64,000 nt of DNA from Octopus vulgaris. Taxonomy: Eukaryota. The notes beneath the pieces are model-generated. The model did no database searches and was not told the origin of the DNA. It saw only the letters and a list, made by a program, of their open reading frames with translations. Each line of letters opens with the position of its first letter. The first letter of the stretch is position 1. A program made the position numbers and the translations under genes. The stretch lies in assembly GCA_951406725.2 (NCBI GenBank), contig OX597815.1:69936001-70000000 (forward strand), read 5' to 3'. Positions 25,594-38,396 of the stretch are shown piece by piece.

Positions 25594-27525
25594 TATATAC
25601 GCGCACGCGCACGGCGGTTATCCAAATAGTTTCTATCTACTAAATTCAATTACAAAGTAATGGTCAGCCCGGGTCTATAAGACATTTGCCAGAAGTGCCA
25701 TGCATGGACTGAACCCCAAACCACGTGGTTATAAAGTTATCGTCTTAATACAATAATTATGACAAGGCGGCGAGCTGGCAGAATCGTCAGCACGCCGAGC
25801 ATAATGCTTAACGGCATTTCGTCCACTTTTACTTTCTGACTTCAAATTCCATCGAGGTCGACTTTACCTTTCATCCTTTTGGGGTCGGTAAAAATAAGTA
25901 GCAGTTGAACGGTGGGGGTCGACGTAATCGACTTATCCCCTTCTCCGAAATTGCAGTCCTGTACCAAAAATTCGAAATCAATAACATAATTATGATAATT
26001 GCCTTTAAAATTATTGAATTTTAACGATGGATATTATCTTATCATAGGAAATACATTTTGGCCTTTCTGTTCTTGCTATCGTTATTTTATCATTATTATC
26101 AACAGGCATGGCTGCATGGTTAAAAAACTCTCTTTCCAGTTGAGTCCCATTGCAGAGCACCTTAACTTCAAGTATTTTCTACTATAGCCCTCTACCTGAC
26201 AAATGCCTTGTTAATGAATTTGGTAGACAGAAACTGTGTGGAAGCCTGTCTTATGTATATATGTAGGGGGCGCAGGTGTGTCCGTGCGAAGATGCGTGGA
26301 TTAGTGGTCTGGGTATTCGTCTCACGATCATAAGATCGTGAATTCGATTCCCGGAGGCGCGTTGTGTCCTTGAGCAAGACAATTTATTTCACGCTGCTCC
26401 AGTCCACTCAGCAGGCAAAAATGAGTAGTACCTGTATTTCAAAGGGACAGCCTTGTCACACTCTGTGTCATGCTGAATTTCCCCGAGGACGACGTTAAGG
26501 GTACACGTGTCTGTGGCTTGCTCTGTCACCTTCACGTCAATTTCACGAGCTGGTTGTTCTGTTGATCGGATCAACTGGAACCTTCGTCGTCGTAATGGAG
26601 GAAGTGCCAGTAGGTGAGTGTGTGTGTGTGTGAGTGTGTGTGTGTGTGAGTGTGTGTGTGTTTGAGTGTGTATGTGTGTGTGTATGGTGGAGGAATGTCT
26701 TTGTGTTTTTTGTTTGACCCCACCTCCACCAATTGACAGCTGGTGTTGATTTGTTTATGCCCCTGTAAAACACAGCAGTTCAGCAAAAGAGAGCGATAAA
26801 ATAAGTAATAGACTTTAAAAGAAGCATAACTACATGGGATTATTTGTGGGACTAAAACCCATCAAGTGGTGCCCCAGTATGGCTGCAGTCCAATGACTGA
26901 AACTAGTATAAAAGAACGATAAAGACAAGCTGACATTTGAGCAGACTAATTCGAAAGGTTACAGAATTAGGCTGTTTACTGCAAATAGAGAGACCAAAAT
27001 AACTGCTAAACGTTTTTGTTAGAATCTTTCAACTACACACTACTTGTAGCATATCTGACATTGTAACATAAATACACCAGCGAACCACAATAATTTTATC
27101 CAATTAATCGCTCTTTTTGCAGAGCAGACACATGGAATTTGGCCAAGATTTATTCGAAGACTGAAGACTATATGAAACTAACAGATCGGAAGTTAGGTAA
27201 TGAATTATTTATCATCATCCTCTTTGTTTTTTTTAATATTTATTCATTTATTTATTTATTCATTTATAGAAGAGATTGCTACAAATAACTTTTGTATTCT
27301 TTTTAATTCTTTCAGAAATTTGACTGATGCTATGCCATGCTAAACAGCACCTTCAAGAATTTTAGTCGAATGAATCGACCCCAGTGCCTATTCTATCGGT
27401 CTCTTGCCGACCAGCTAGGTTACGGGAACGTAAACACACAAACACAGAGTGGGACTAAACACACAGCCATGTAGTTGGGAATCACGCTTCTTACCACAAA
27501 GCTACGCTTGCTCATATTACACACG

Positions 27526-27558
<33 letters not shown>

Positions 27559-27629
27559 TATTTTACTTGTTTCAGTCATTTGACTGCGGCCATGCTGGAG
27601 CACCGCCTTTAGTCGAACTAATCGACCCC

Positions 27630-28340
27630 TGTGTCGGAAGGAGACTATGTGATTGGCATAGCGATTTTTAAATTCTTCACATAATCCAATATAGGTCTTC
27701 TTTTAAAAATCGCTATGTCAATGACATAGCCTCCTTCCGACACAGAGACAAAAATAAAGCTACTAAGTTGGCTGGTTACGTATGGACTTTGAAAGATAAT
27801 GAAACAGCGCATGTGATTAAATAGAAAGTAATTGAGAAATCCATACTTTATGTGAATGGATCAAATAAATGTAGACTTTGTTTGACTGAAAAAGCGCAGA
27901 TCCTGTTCAGATCTAAGAACCCTAACCCTCTATTGAACTCCAGGTCAGAAATTTTCGCTGGCTGCATGCATATATATAAATATATTCTGAAGAATTGGAA
28001 AATTCCGCCTATTCCTGACTGATTTGATATCTTTCCAGCCTTATCATTTAAGGCCTAAGGATGATAGCACTTCTTACCTTTTGACATTTCAGTTTCGTTT
28101 TCCGTTGTTTACTCTCTGCGTTTTCTATATGCTGCCTTCTCAGCTTCATCCCGTTTCTTCTATTTATTCAATTTTTTTAGTTCGTTATGATATGTGATTT
28201 GATGAATATGTTTGAATTCTCTTAACATATGAAACTATTAGTTGCGCTTTGATACATGTATTGTGACCTTTAAATAATAATATTTATCTCTCAGCAGATG
28301 GAGTACTTTTTTGTTGAATTTTCTATCACGGTTCAGTACA
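27630..28340 (+). mobile_element. Penelope-like 3' fragment (GIY-YIG end + 3'UTR) with inverted 5' segment
   Basis: FKNRYVNDIASFRHRDKNKATKLAGYVWTLK..IK*KVIEKS..KCRLCLTEK..LLNSRSEIFAGCMH; 27630-27672 is an inverted copy of 27702-27743. Confidence 0.85.
28199..28243 (+). ncRNA. Minimal hammerhead-ribozyme-like motif in the Penelope-like 3'UTR
   Basis: TTGATGA / stem ATATGTT..AACATAT (7 bp) / GAAA / CTATTA-GTT. Confidence 0.6.
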
Positions 28341-31149
28341 TTATATATATATATATACTCTTTTACTTGTTTCAGTCATTTGACTGCGGCCATGCTGGAG
28401 CACCGCCTTTAGTCGAGCAAATCGACCCCGGGACTTATTCTTTGTAAGCCCAGTACTTATTCTATCGGGCTCTTTTGCCGAACCGCTAAGTGACGGGGAC
28501 GTAAACACACCAGCATCGAGACAAACACAGACACACACATATACATATATACGACAGGCTTCTTTCAGTTTCCGTCTACCAAATCCATTCACAAGGCATT
28601 GGTCGGCCCGGGGCTATAGCAGAAGGCACTTGCCCAAGATGCCACGCAGTGGGACTGAACCCGGAACCATGTGGCTGGTTAGCAAGCTACTTACCACATA
28701 TGCATATATATATATATATGCATACATATATATATATATATATATGCATATATTTGTTATTTGTGTCTGTTTGCCTCCCCCCCACACACACACACACCAT
28801 CGCTTGACAACCGATGTTGGTGTGTTTATGTCCCCGTCAATTAGCGGTTTGACAAAAGGAACCGATAGAATAAGTACTAGGCTTACTAAGAATAAGTCTT
28901 GGGGTTGATTTGTTCGACTAAAGGCGGTACTCCAGCATGGCCGCAGTCAGATAACGGAAACAAGTATATATGTGTGTGTGTACATACATACATATATGCA
29001 TGCACCCCTACATACCCACAAAGCTATAATAAAAGACACTTGACTAAGGTGCCATGCGGTGAAACTGAAATCAAGACTACGTGGTCGCCATGTGAGCGTC
29101 TTCACAACACAGCTACGCCGACATTTATCGAGGATGATCGATTTCGGAGACGTTTTGCCTGTATGAATAGAAATTGAGACTCCAATATTTGACTGGTAGT
29201 TTATTTTGAAGACCCTACAAGGATAAACTGAGGGTGAAAAAAAGGACAAACTATCAAGGGAGATAACTATAGACAAAATATTCTTTTCCCATTTTATTTT
29301 CTATTGTATGCATTACTAATTCACTAAAAAATATTTTTAGTTTGATCTTTGTCATGTTTCTGAAAACATCCAGTGTTTCATTGAAATTCACAAGAGGATA
29401 ATGGCTCTAAATCCTAAAAGCCCCACTCTTACCCGAATTTTTTTTTTTTAATCAGGACTGTCCGAATTTCTTGCTTATGATCTAACCCTTGAATGCATCC
29501 TTATTCCATTAAATGTGTTTATCGGGTGGGGTGGAAGATATTGAAAAACATCAGTGCATGTCAGAGTGACAATGAAACGAGGAAGGTATCAGGCCGACAG
29601 GAGTTGAGCTAAAAATGACAGGTAAATCGCCCTTAAATAACACATACACACACACGAAATCCATTGTTTTTTCATAATCATTAATTCCTGTGTGCAGATC
29701 ACAAATTCGCAAAAATTTCCTAAAAAGTCCAAAAAATAAATGTTATGACGGGTTATATCGGGAGCTAAAGCCAAGATTCAGCTGGCATAAAACGTTTATA
29801 TCTTATTTATAAGCATAAAAGCTACATTCAACGGAGAGTAAATAATAACTAATTGGCGATAAATTAAACAGCAGACGGTCTTTTTCAATGACCAGTAAAC
29901 CGAGATAAGTATTATTAAAATGTTATCTTTCCGAACTAATTGACTGTTTAACATTACAAGATTTCTGGATATTGTGAACAAATTGTGCCGAGTCATTGAA
30001 TCCTAACTTATTCTCATGTTTGCAGAAAGCCCCATACTTGCCTTCATCTTCCTTCTATCCAAAAGGAGACGGCCAATAACTTCATTTATATTCATGAAGT
30101 TGGAATGAGACTTTCTATAATTATAATGCTTCCCTAAACTGTCCTATCTTGAGTTTACTTAACTTGAAATCAAGCTTTCATCATTGCGAGTCGAGTTAAT
30201 GAAGTAGATACTAACAAACAAATATTGAGTGTTACATACAAAATAAGAACTGCAATGAAGATTTCAAGGGTTGTCTACCCTTAAGTCATCGGAACGAAGG
30301 GAAGTAACTTCAACATTTCGCGATTTTCTGTTTTGCAGAAAAATAAAAAATAAAAAGATTTCATTTAAAAAAAAAACTGATTCGGCGACAGTACAAGTAA
30401 ATATGGAAACTATTAAATATGAAATTGCTTTTAACGTCTGACTCGAAGAAAAAGCATTAAATAATGCCCAAATATTGTTTATAAAGAAAAAAGCCATAGG
30501 ATATAAATGTAAGGTGATTACATTATAAGAATTTAAAACTTTCAAGAGAAACGGTAGTTGTTTTTTTTGCGGTGAAACTTGAAGTTGATAAAGCTATAAA
30601 TAATAGCATGTAAGAATACAGGGATTAGTTAAAAAAAAAAAAAAAAACTTTGGACTTAAGAAAGCTGAAGGTTACTCGTGGGACACCAAGTTCATCTTAT
30701 GTCAACATGACAGATGGGTAGCCCGTGACTTTTCCCCATTCAAACCCGATATTCCACACACTATAATTTATACTTTTATCTACTTCGAGTTCCACGTAGA
30801 ATTATTTTAATTCTAATTGTCTAAGTCTTTGTAATGTAAACAAAGCATCCAAAATGGAGAGACCATTCGAAGAGTTGCTTTCATGTACTTCTTAGCACGT
30901 CTGTCATGTTCACAGACGATTACTATTCGACGCCCTCGAGCAGTTTTCAACGTTTTTTTTTTTTTTTTTTACGCAACAATCTAAACATCATTATTCATAA
31001 CTTTATCTACAGTTCAAGTTTTGTCCCATTTCTTCCTTACCTTTTACTAGTGAAGCATTGGAATCGCTAACGTCAAATATAACAGGAACTTCACTGACGC
31101 TCTCCCCTCCCCCGGTAACATGGATGCAATAGTAACAGATAACCAGTGA

Positions 31150-31197
31150 AAGAAACACAATCAACACACATTTGTAACAGTGACAATTTGGTTTATT
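31150..31197 (-). terminator. Probable MAU2 polyadenylation signal (AATAAA 31192-31197) with downstream GU-rich element
   Basis: Minus strand: AATAAA ccaaattgtcactgttacaa atgtgtgttgattgtgtttctttc; coincides with the end of CpG-depleted sequence. Confidence 0.55.
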
Positions 31198-32437
31198 AAC
31201 TATTTTTAAAAAAACGAGTTTCTTGTGGTCTGTGGCACATAAAAGTGATGATTATTTACAAATGTTCCACCGCTGCAACAACAGCTGTTACAGATGGTGG
31301 TGGTGGTAGTGGTGGTGGTGGTGGTAGTGGTGGTGGTGGTGGTGGTGGTGATGGTCGACAGTTTTAAAGGCGACACCTGCGACACAGAATGTCGTGGACA
31401 GCAGCAGAGTAACGGTTTTATCTTTATTTTTTTTTTTAAATTTTATGTTTTCTTTCGTTTGTTGTTTTGTTATTGAAGTTACTGGCAGTCCCCGCTTATA
31501 CGGTGGAGAGAGAGAGAGAGAAGGACAAAGAGAGAGATGAGATAGGTAGAAAGAAAGGTAGGTGGAAAAAAAGGACTGATTTCTCTCCCTTCCACACTTC
31601 ATACAATGTGAAAGGGAGAGAATGTTGGTTAGAGAGAAATTGTGTGCAAGAGAAAGAAGGGGGGGTTAAAGAGAGTATGTACAAAAGAGGGAGAAATTGA
31701 AAGCAGAGAGAAAATGATGAAAACAGAATGGAAGAGGGAAGAAAAAATATTTTTACAATAAAGGAAACTAAGAGAGAGGTACACCTCCTGCATATAAATT
31801 ATATTTTCCTATATTTAGAGAAAGAGGAGGGGACTTTTTTTTAAATAAGAAAAAATGAAATATAAGCAAGAAAAAAGGGAAAGGCAATGTCATCAAATTA
31901 GGTAAAAAAGAGATATAGTGATTGTGGTGGGTTTTTTTTTCTTTTGTTGGGGCTGTGATGATGATTAAGGATTAACAGATACAAGAGACAAAAACAAAAA
32001 ACAATAAGCAAACAATGCAAAGATCTGTAAATATGTGGTAGAAGTTGTATATGTGTGTGGAGTAATATTAATTAGAACATCCAAACACACACACAGACAT
32101 ACATACGTACACAACTGCACTATGTAAAGAGAAAAACAAAAGTTCAGTCTCTAACTTGACTCACTCACATTCCATACGTTCTCAAATCTCACCACTCCCC
32201 AAATAGTAAATAATAATTACATATAGTTAACCTCAAACATGCATACTTTCTTCTTGGGCTACCACATGAACAGAGTGGACATGCACACATGAAATGAGAG
32301 CACAGTTGAAATATACACACAGGCATACATGTATGTAAGAGGAACAATGAAAATAAAATCTAAAAGGGGGAGAGGAGAGTAAACAAACAGGGGTAAGGGG
32401 GCTTGCAGGGATAGAGGTTAAGTTTTTCTTTTAACTT

Positions 32438-32657
32438 TAGCCCATTTGATACCAACCCACCTGAGGCTGCCCCTGATTCTGTAACACAAATCTCTTGTTT
32501 TTGAAATATTCTAAACTAAAAAATCTTCCATCAAAATTTCATGTTGATTTATGATTCTAATAATGGATTAATAAAGACAGTTTTTTTATTAAATTCTTCA
32601 CTATTTTCCAAATTAATTAAAACAAAAGCAACAGAAATATGGTAACAAAAGGGTTAA
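32438..32657. mobile_element. piggyBac-like (TTAA/CCC...GGG) MITE family 1
   Basis: Ends AAAGGGTTAA; homologous copies ~35386-35660, 40990-41176, 47432-47657, 56831-57054. Confidence 0.6.
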
Positions 32658-35600
32658 AGTAATCTACATTAAGATCTTCCATGAACACTTAATTTACATT
32701 ACAAACAACAGCTTAATAATGACATTTTCTTTTTACTAAGTTCTTCATTAGATTTAAAATTAACTAATAATCCTACACCCTAACCTTAAGCCTTTAATTT
32801 TAAACCTAGACCACAACTCTAATCCTAACACTAAATCCCAACCCTAAAGTAATTTGTTTTGAGATATTTCACAAAAAAATTTCATGGAGAATTTTTTTTC
32901 ATTTTAAAATTATCTACATGTTTGTTTAGCTGTTTCATGTGACTATTAAAACCTCAAAACTTCTTACAACTTTTGTTGTTGTAATGTTTTGCTTTCATTT
33001 TGTGATAGACAGCTACCACACAGAAAATGCCAGCTTCCAAATCTGGTTTTAAACCTTTCTAGAAGTTCTCTGGAACAAGTGAATATGAAAATGAGACTCA
33101 ACATGAAAAATCACATCAATATACCAAATATGAAAATTTCAAAAACTGTGACTGCAACAGAAAAGACCCCCAAAAAAGTCTGGTTAAGTGGAGGGACAGA
33201 GGGAGTTACGGCACTTGTGTAAGCAAGTGAGAGGAGAAAGGAGAGAGAGACACTTTAGTGTTAACAGTTATCACAGATAAGTTCACTTACCATTTATTTG
33301 ACATAAATACACACTCACCCATTCTTTCTTCTAAATATCTCTTTTTTTTTTTGTTTTGTTTTTTTGCAAGAAAGAATGCACAGCATTATCCTCCTATCTT
33401 CATAAATAATACTACAATAAGCACAAGGCCAGCAATTTCCAGGGGAGGAGGAAGTTAATTACATTGACCCCCCCAGTACTTGACTGGTACTTAATTTATC
33501 AACCATATAAGGATGAAAAGTAAAGATGACCTCTGAACATTAAGAGAAGGGAAAAAAATGGTGCTAAGCATTCTGTTCACCATGCTAATGATTTTGCCAG
33601 CTTGCGATCTTAATAATAATAAACATTGATAACAAAACCATACCAATGCTATAAAAAATACCCAACCATATCAGAAGTAACTACAGCACACAAAACGATT
33701 ACCAATTAAGGGTACCAAATATAACCATAAAACAATGAATAATTCATCTGATACAAGAACATCATAGCCAAGTGGATGCACCAGTACCATCTAATGGACA
33801 TATGGAACTGGACATTTCATGCTTGGCTTGGCTCCGCTCTATGGTTAGAAACAGGCTAGCATGTGTGTATGTACACACACACACAGTTGACCACTATGTC
33901 AGAAAGACAGTATTTTTATTAATTACTGGACAACTTGCTGTGTCTATGTCCTTAAAGTAGGGCTCAGATACAATACTGGTATGTTTTCAAATAATGAAGA
34001 TGAAAGATGTTTTCCAAGACTGGGTCACTTGTTTCATGTTCCAAGCAGTAATATCTGTTGATTCTTTCCAAGTTTTTCCAAAAAAAAAAACCAAGGATAC
34101 AAACAAGCTGTTTGCTTTAAATGCCAAAACATGAAGATATTCATTGCAAGTGATGAGAGATGTTAACAGTCCTGTCTGACTGTGGACAACAACAAAGCCT
34201 CTGGCAATAGTTGGTTCAAATATTCTACCTGTTTTATGTTCAAAGTGAGAAAACCCTAACCCTCACACCTGCCCTACGATGTCATTCTAAAAATAAACAA
34301 ACACATCATTGAAATCTCAAAGCTACAAGATATTGCATGATTAATTCAAAATAATATGAATAAATAAGACAGAGTAATCTGAATGCTAAAGGGTTAATTT
34401 ATGCCAAACAACCTTGCCTCTCAAACAAAGCAGAACACTGCAGAAGCATTGATTGGCAGAAATGACATAAACAAAAGGATTCCAGATACCAATACCATCA
34501 TCATCAGACAACAGTGGACATTTTTCCATTCCACCAGAAATGGTAACAGATTTCTCAGAGAAAATAAACATTACAAGGCATCTACCAACTGCACAGAAAT
34601 CCAACAAAACAAACAAACCAGGGAGGAATGGGGTTGCAGAAAAAGAATTAAAAATCAAGTTAAACTGCCCAGTGAAGGCGACTGACCCTAATTACTAAGG
34701 GCACAGCTGACACCAACAGAACTGAAGACATCAACTTCAACAGTAACAACCCACACATATAATTTCTTAATTCAATTTAATGACTTAACACCATCACTTG
34801 GCCGTTGGGTGTCCTTAGTGAAGTCCACCTGGCTGAAAAGATTTGCAGCAGATGTCCAAGATGAAGTTTCTTTCTCCTTTCCATTAGTCTCAGACACTCG
34901 GCAACAGAATATATAAAAGGTGTTGTCCTTCCTACTTTTAGGTCACTAAAAATCAATCAATGCAGCAATAAGTGAAGCTAAGAAATAAAAATCAAACACA
35001 GCCATCAGAAAATAAATTAAGTAAAATGGTTAAGAAGAGAAAAAAAAGGGAGAGAGAGGGGAAATGTGTGTGTGTGTGTGTAAGAGACAGAAAGAGAATT
35101 TGTATGTGCATGATGTTATTGAAAAGTTACCATAAAAAGTTATTGACAATAAGTGAGAGAAAAGGAGTATGAGAAACTGAGAGTGAGAGAGAGACCGTTT
35201 GAAAATAGACTTTTATAAACACAAGAAAAGAACCATTATTTGTCATTAAGGTTTAAAACAGAATAGTATGAGGTGTCTCAGACAGATTGCAGATGGGTCA
35301 TGTTACACTCTGTAGCCAGGGAACAAACAAATCTGGCTTTGTATTGTGGACATATTCTAGCAAGTCACAAGACCTTAAGTTTACACCTTAACTATAATTA
35401 TTCTGATATCAACCTGCCTCAGACCATCCACTGGTTCTATGATACAAACTCCAAGTTATAAAATTATTTAAATTAAAACCTTCCACCAAAATTCCACGTT
35501 AATTTTATTTCTATATTTATTAAAAACGTTATTTAAAATAATTATGTTCAAATACCAGCTTAATAATGACAATGCTATTTTACTAAATTCTTTAGCATTT

Positions 35601-37746
35601 TCAAAATTAATTACAACGAAAGCAGTGTATTTCAAAAGAGATACAGTAGCAAAAGGATTACAGTGATCTAAATTAAAACCTTCCTTCAGCAATTCTCTTT
35701 AGTTAAATTGCCAAATAGATAAACCTTAAACAACAAATACTGAGAAGGGAAGCAGTAGTAAAACACTGAATCATACTGTTCAATCATCAACCTCCACTAC
35801 AGCTCAGCCCTACTCTAACATCTCAAATTGTTCTGTGCCTTTTCAATTGCTTTTCTTGTATCTCAAAGCAGACGGGGTTGAGAAAATGAAAGAGAGAGCG
35901 AATGTAAGTGTATATTGTGTGCTTACTAAAATATTGTTTGTTCATCATTATTTATTTAAATTAATTACAGCTATTATTATTATATTTTTTTTTTTTGGCT
36001 ATATCACAGTATCGCACTTTAACGATAATAACCTTCTAACCTCTCATTCACACTTGCTCCACCTCTACTCATTTTCCCTCCTTTTCTCCCCCTCTATATA
36101 GAACACAATCTTATCTCATTCTCACAGCACTGCACTGTTCTACTATAGAACTTAATGATGGCATGCACCAGTGTGCATGGCAATCAACTTCTGCTGCAAC
36201 TGCAGCTGTACTGAATATAAAGAGTAACAGCACTACCAGCTGGATGCAGACTGCCTACTCATGAAGTATGTTGCAAACTAAAACACAAATGTGTGTCCAA
36301 ACACAGAGAGTGTACTCTGTTGACAGTAAATGTATAAACAAATCATGCAAACACACAACAATGGTAGAAACTAATAGATATGATGAGGGAAGGGAGTACG
36401 AGAGACAGAGTTTTAAAAAGATGCTTTATATACACACATGCACAGACATCGTTTCGTTTTTACATCCATTTTTCCATGCTAACATGGGTTAGAGGAATAT
36501 GCAACTGGGGCACTGTTTTACAGTCAAGATGCCCTTCCTGTTCCAAACCTTTATTTGCTTTTCAAAATTAGGAATCTCTAATTTGACAGGTCTTCAAAGG
36601 AACAAATCCAGTGGAAGATTTATTGACAGGAGAAATGATAATCAACAGTAATTGTAGCTCATGATTTTCAGAAGCAACATACAGCATAAGTATGTGCACT
36701 ATATATATATATACATATATATATACATACATATATACATACATATATACATACATACATACATACACACACACATAAATATACATATATATTCTTTTAC
36801 TTGTTTCAGTCATTTGACTGGTCATGCTGGAGAACTGCCTTTAGTTGAACAAACTGATCCAAAGACTTACTCTTTGTAAGTCTAGTACTTATTCTATTGG
36901 TCACTTTTGCCAAACTGCTAAGTTACAGGGACATAAACACACCAACATGTCAAACGATGGTGAAGGGACAAACACAGACACAAAATTATATATACACATA
37001 TATACATATACACACAGATATATATATATATACACAAATATAGATATATATACACATATGATGATGATGATGATATATACGCACATATATACATACATAT
37101 ATAACACATACACACACATTATATACATGTGCACATGCACACACACATGCATACATATAGGGCTTCTTTCAGCCTCTGTCTATCAAATCCATCTGTAAGG
37201 CTTTGATCTGCCTGGGGATATAATACAAAAACACTTGCCCAAGGTGCCGTGCAGTGGAACCAAGCCCAAAACCATGTAGTGAAAAAAATGTAACATATTC
37301 ACATACACATGTACATGCATATGTAAAACAAATGTTGGTAATAGTAATGGAGTGTAACAGATGATGATGATGATGAAGATGATGATATGATGGTGGTGGT
37401 GGTGGTGGTGTACACAGGAGAGAAGACAGGCAGAGAGCAGGAAAAGGAGGCAGGAAGTAGGAGGAAGGAAGGAAGATAGAAGAGAGAGATAAAGTAGAAA
37501 CTTTTACTTATTTTGTAGTCACCCCCCTCCCTTCCCACCCTCTTCTTTTCTGCTTTTCTTTGTCTCTTCTCTGTTTTCACTCCAGGACCATTAAATATCT
37601 CCATCACCCCTATTATTTCTTTTTTAAACCTGCACACCACTGCATCATAACATGCAGCAATGCAGGTCAGTTAGGTATTCATTTGATCAGCTGCACAGCC
37701 AGTTGGTTAAAACAACAGATGGGAGGGAAGGTTCACCTGCATCTTC

Positions 37747-37806
37747 TCACAAAATGCTACTGGACACCTCTGATGACAGGTGGAAAGGACACGGACCCTC
37801 GGTCCA
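37747..37806 (-). CDS. MAU2: MAU2 terminal coding exon [19 protein letters not shown]
   Basis: tttgttttcag|TGG ACC GAG GGT CCG resembles human WTDGPPP; TGA stop. Confidence 0.9.
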   Translation of the reverse strand, partial: WTEGPCPFHLSSEVSSSIL

Positions 37807-38336
37807 CTGAAAACAAAGAAGAAAAAAAGAAAATCAATATAAATAAAACACAAACATCGAAGAAATAATATTAGTTTACATGAAACATTGACATATTTTA
37901 CTTGTTTCAATCTTGAGACTGGTCATGCTGCAGCACTGCCTCTTTTTGTTTCTGGTTTTTTTTTTTTTTGTAGTCAAACAAATCAAGACCAGTACATTTT
38001 TTTTTTAAAGTACTGGTTACTAGTATTTATTCTATCGGTGTCTTTTACCAAAATGCTAAGTTACAGGGACATAAACACACTCCAATCAGTTGTCAAGCAA
38101 TGGTGGGGGACAAACACAAACACTTCACATATATACTCTTACTTGTTTCAGTCATTTGACTGCAGCCATGTTCGAGTACCGCCTTCAGTTGAGCAAATCG
38201 ACCCCAGGACTTATTCTTTGTAAGCCCAGTACTTATTTCTATCAGTCTCTTTTGCTGAACTGTTAAGTTACGGGGCACGCAAACACACCACCATCGGCTG
38301 TCAAGCGATGTTGGGGGGACAAGCACAGACACACAA

Positions 38337-38396
<60 letters not shown>

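Noticed and set aside
31294-31352. Poly-His/poly-Val ORF
   Set aside because: (GGT)n microsatellite in the predicted UTR.
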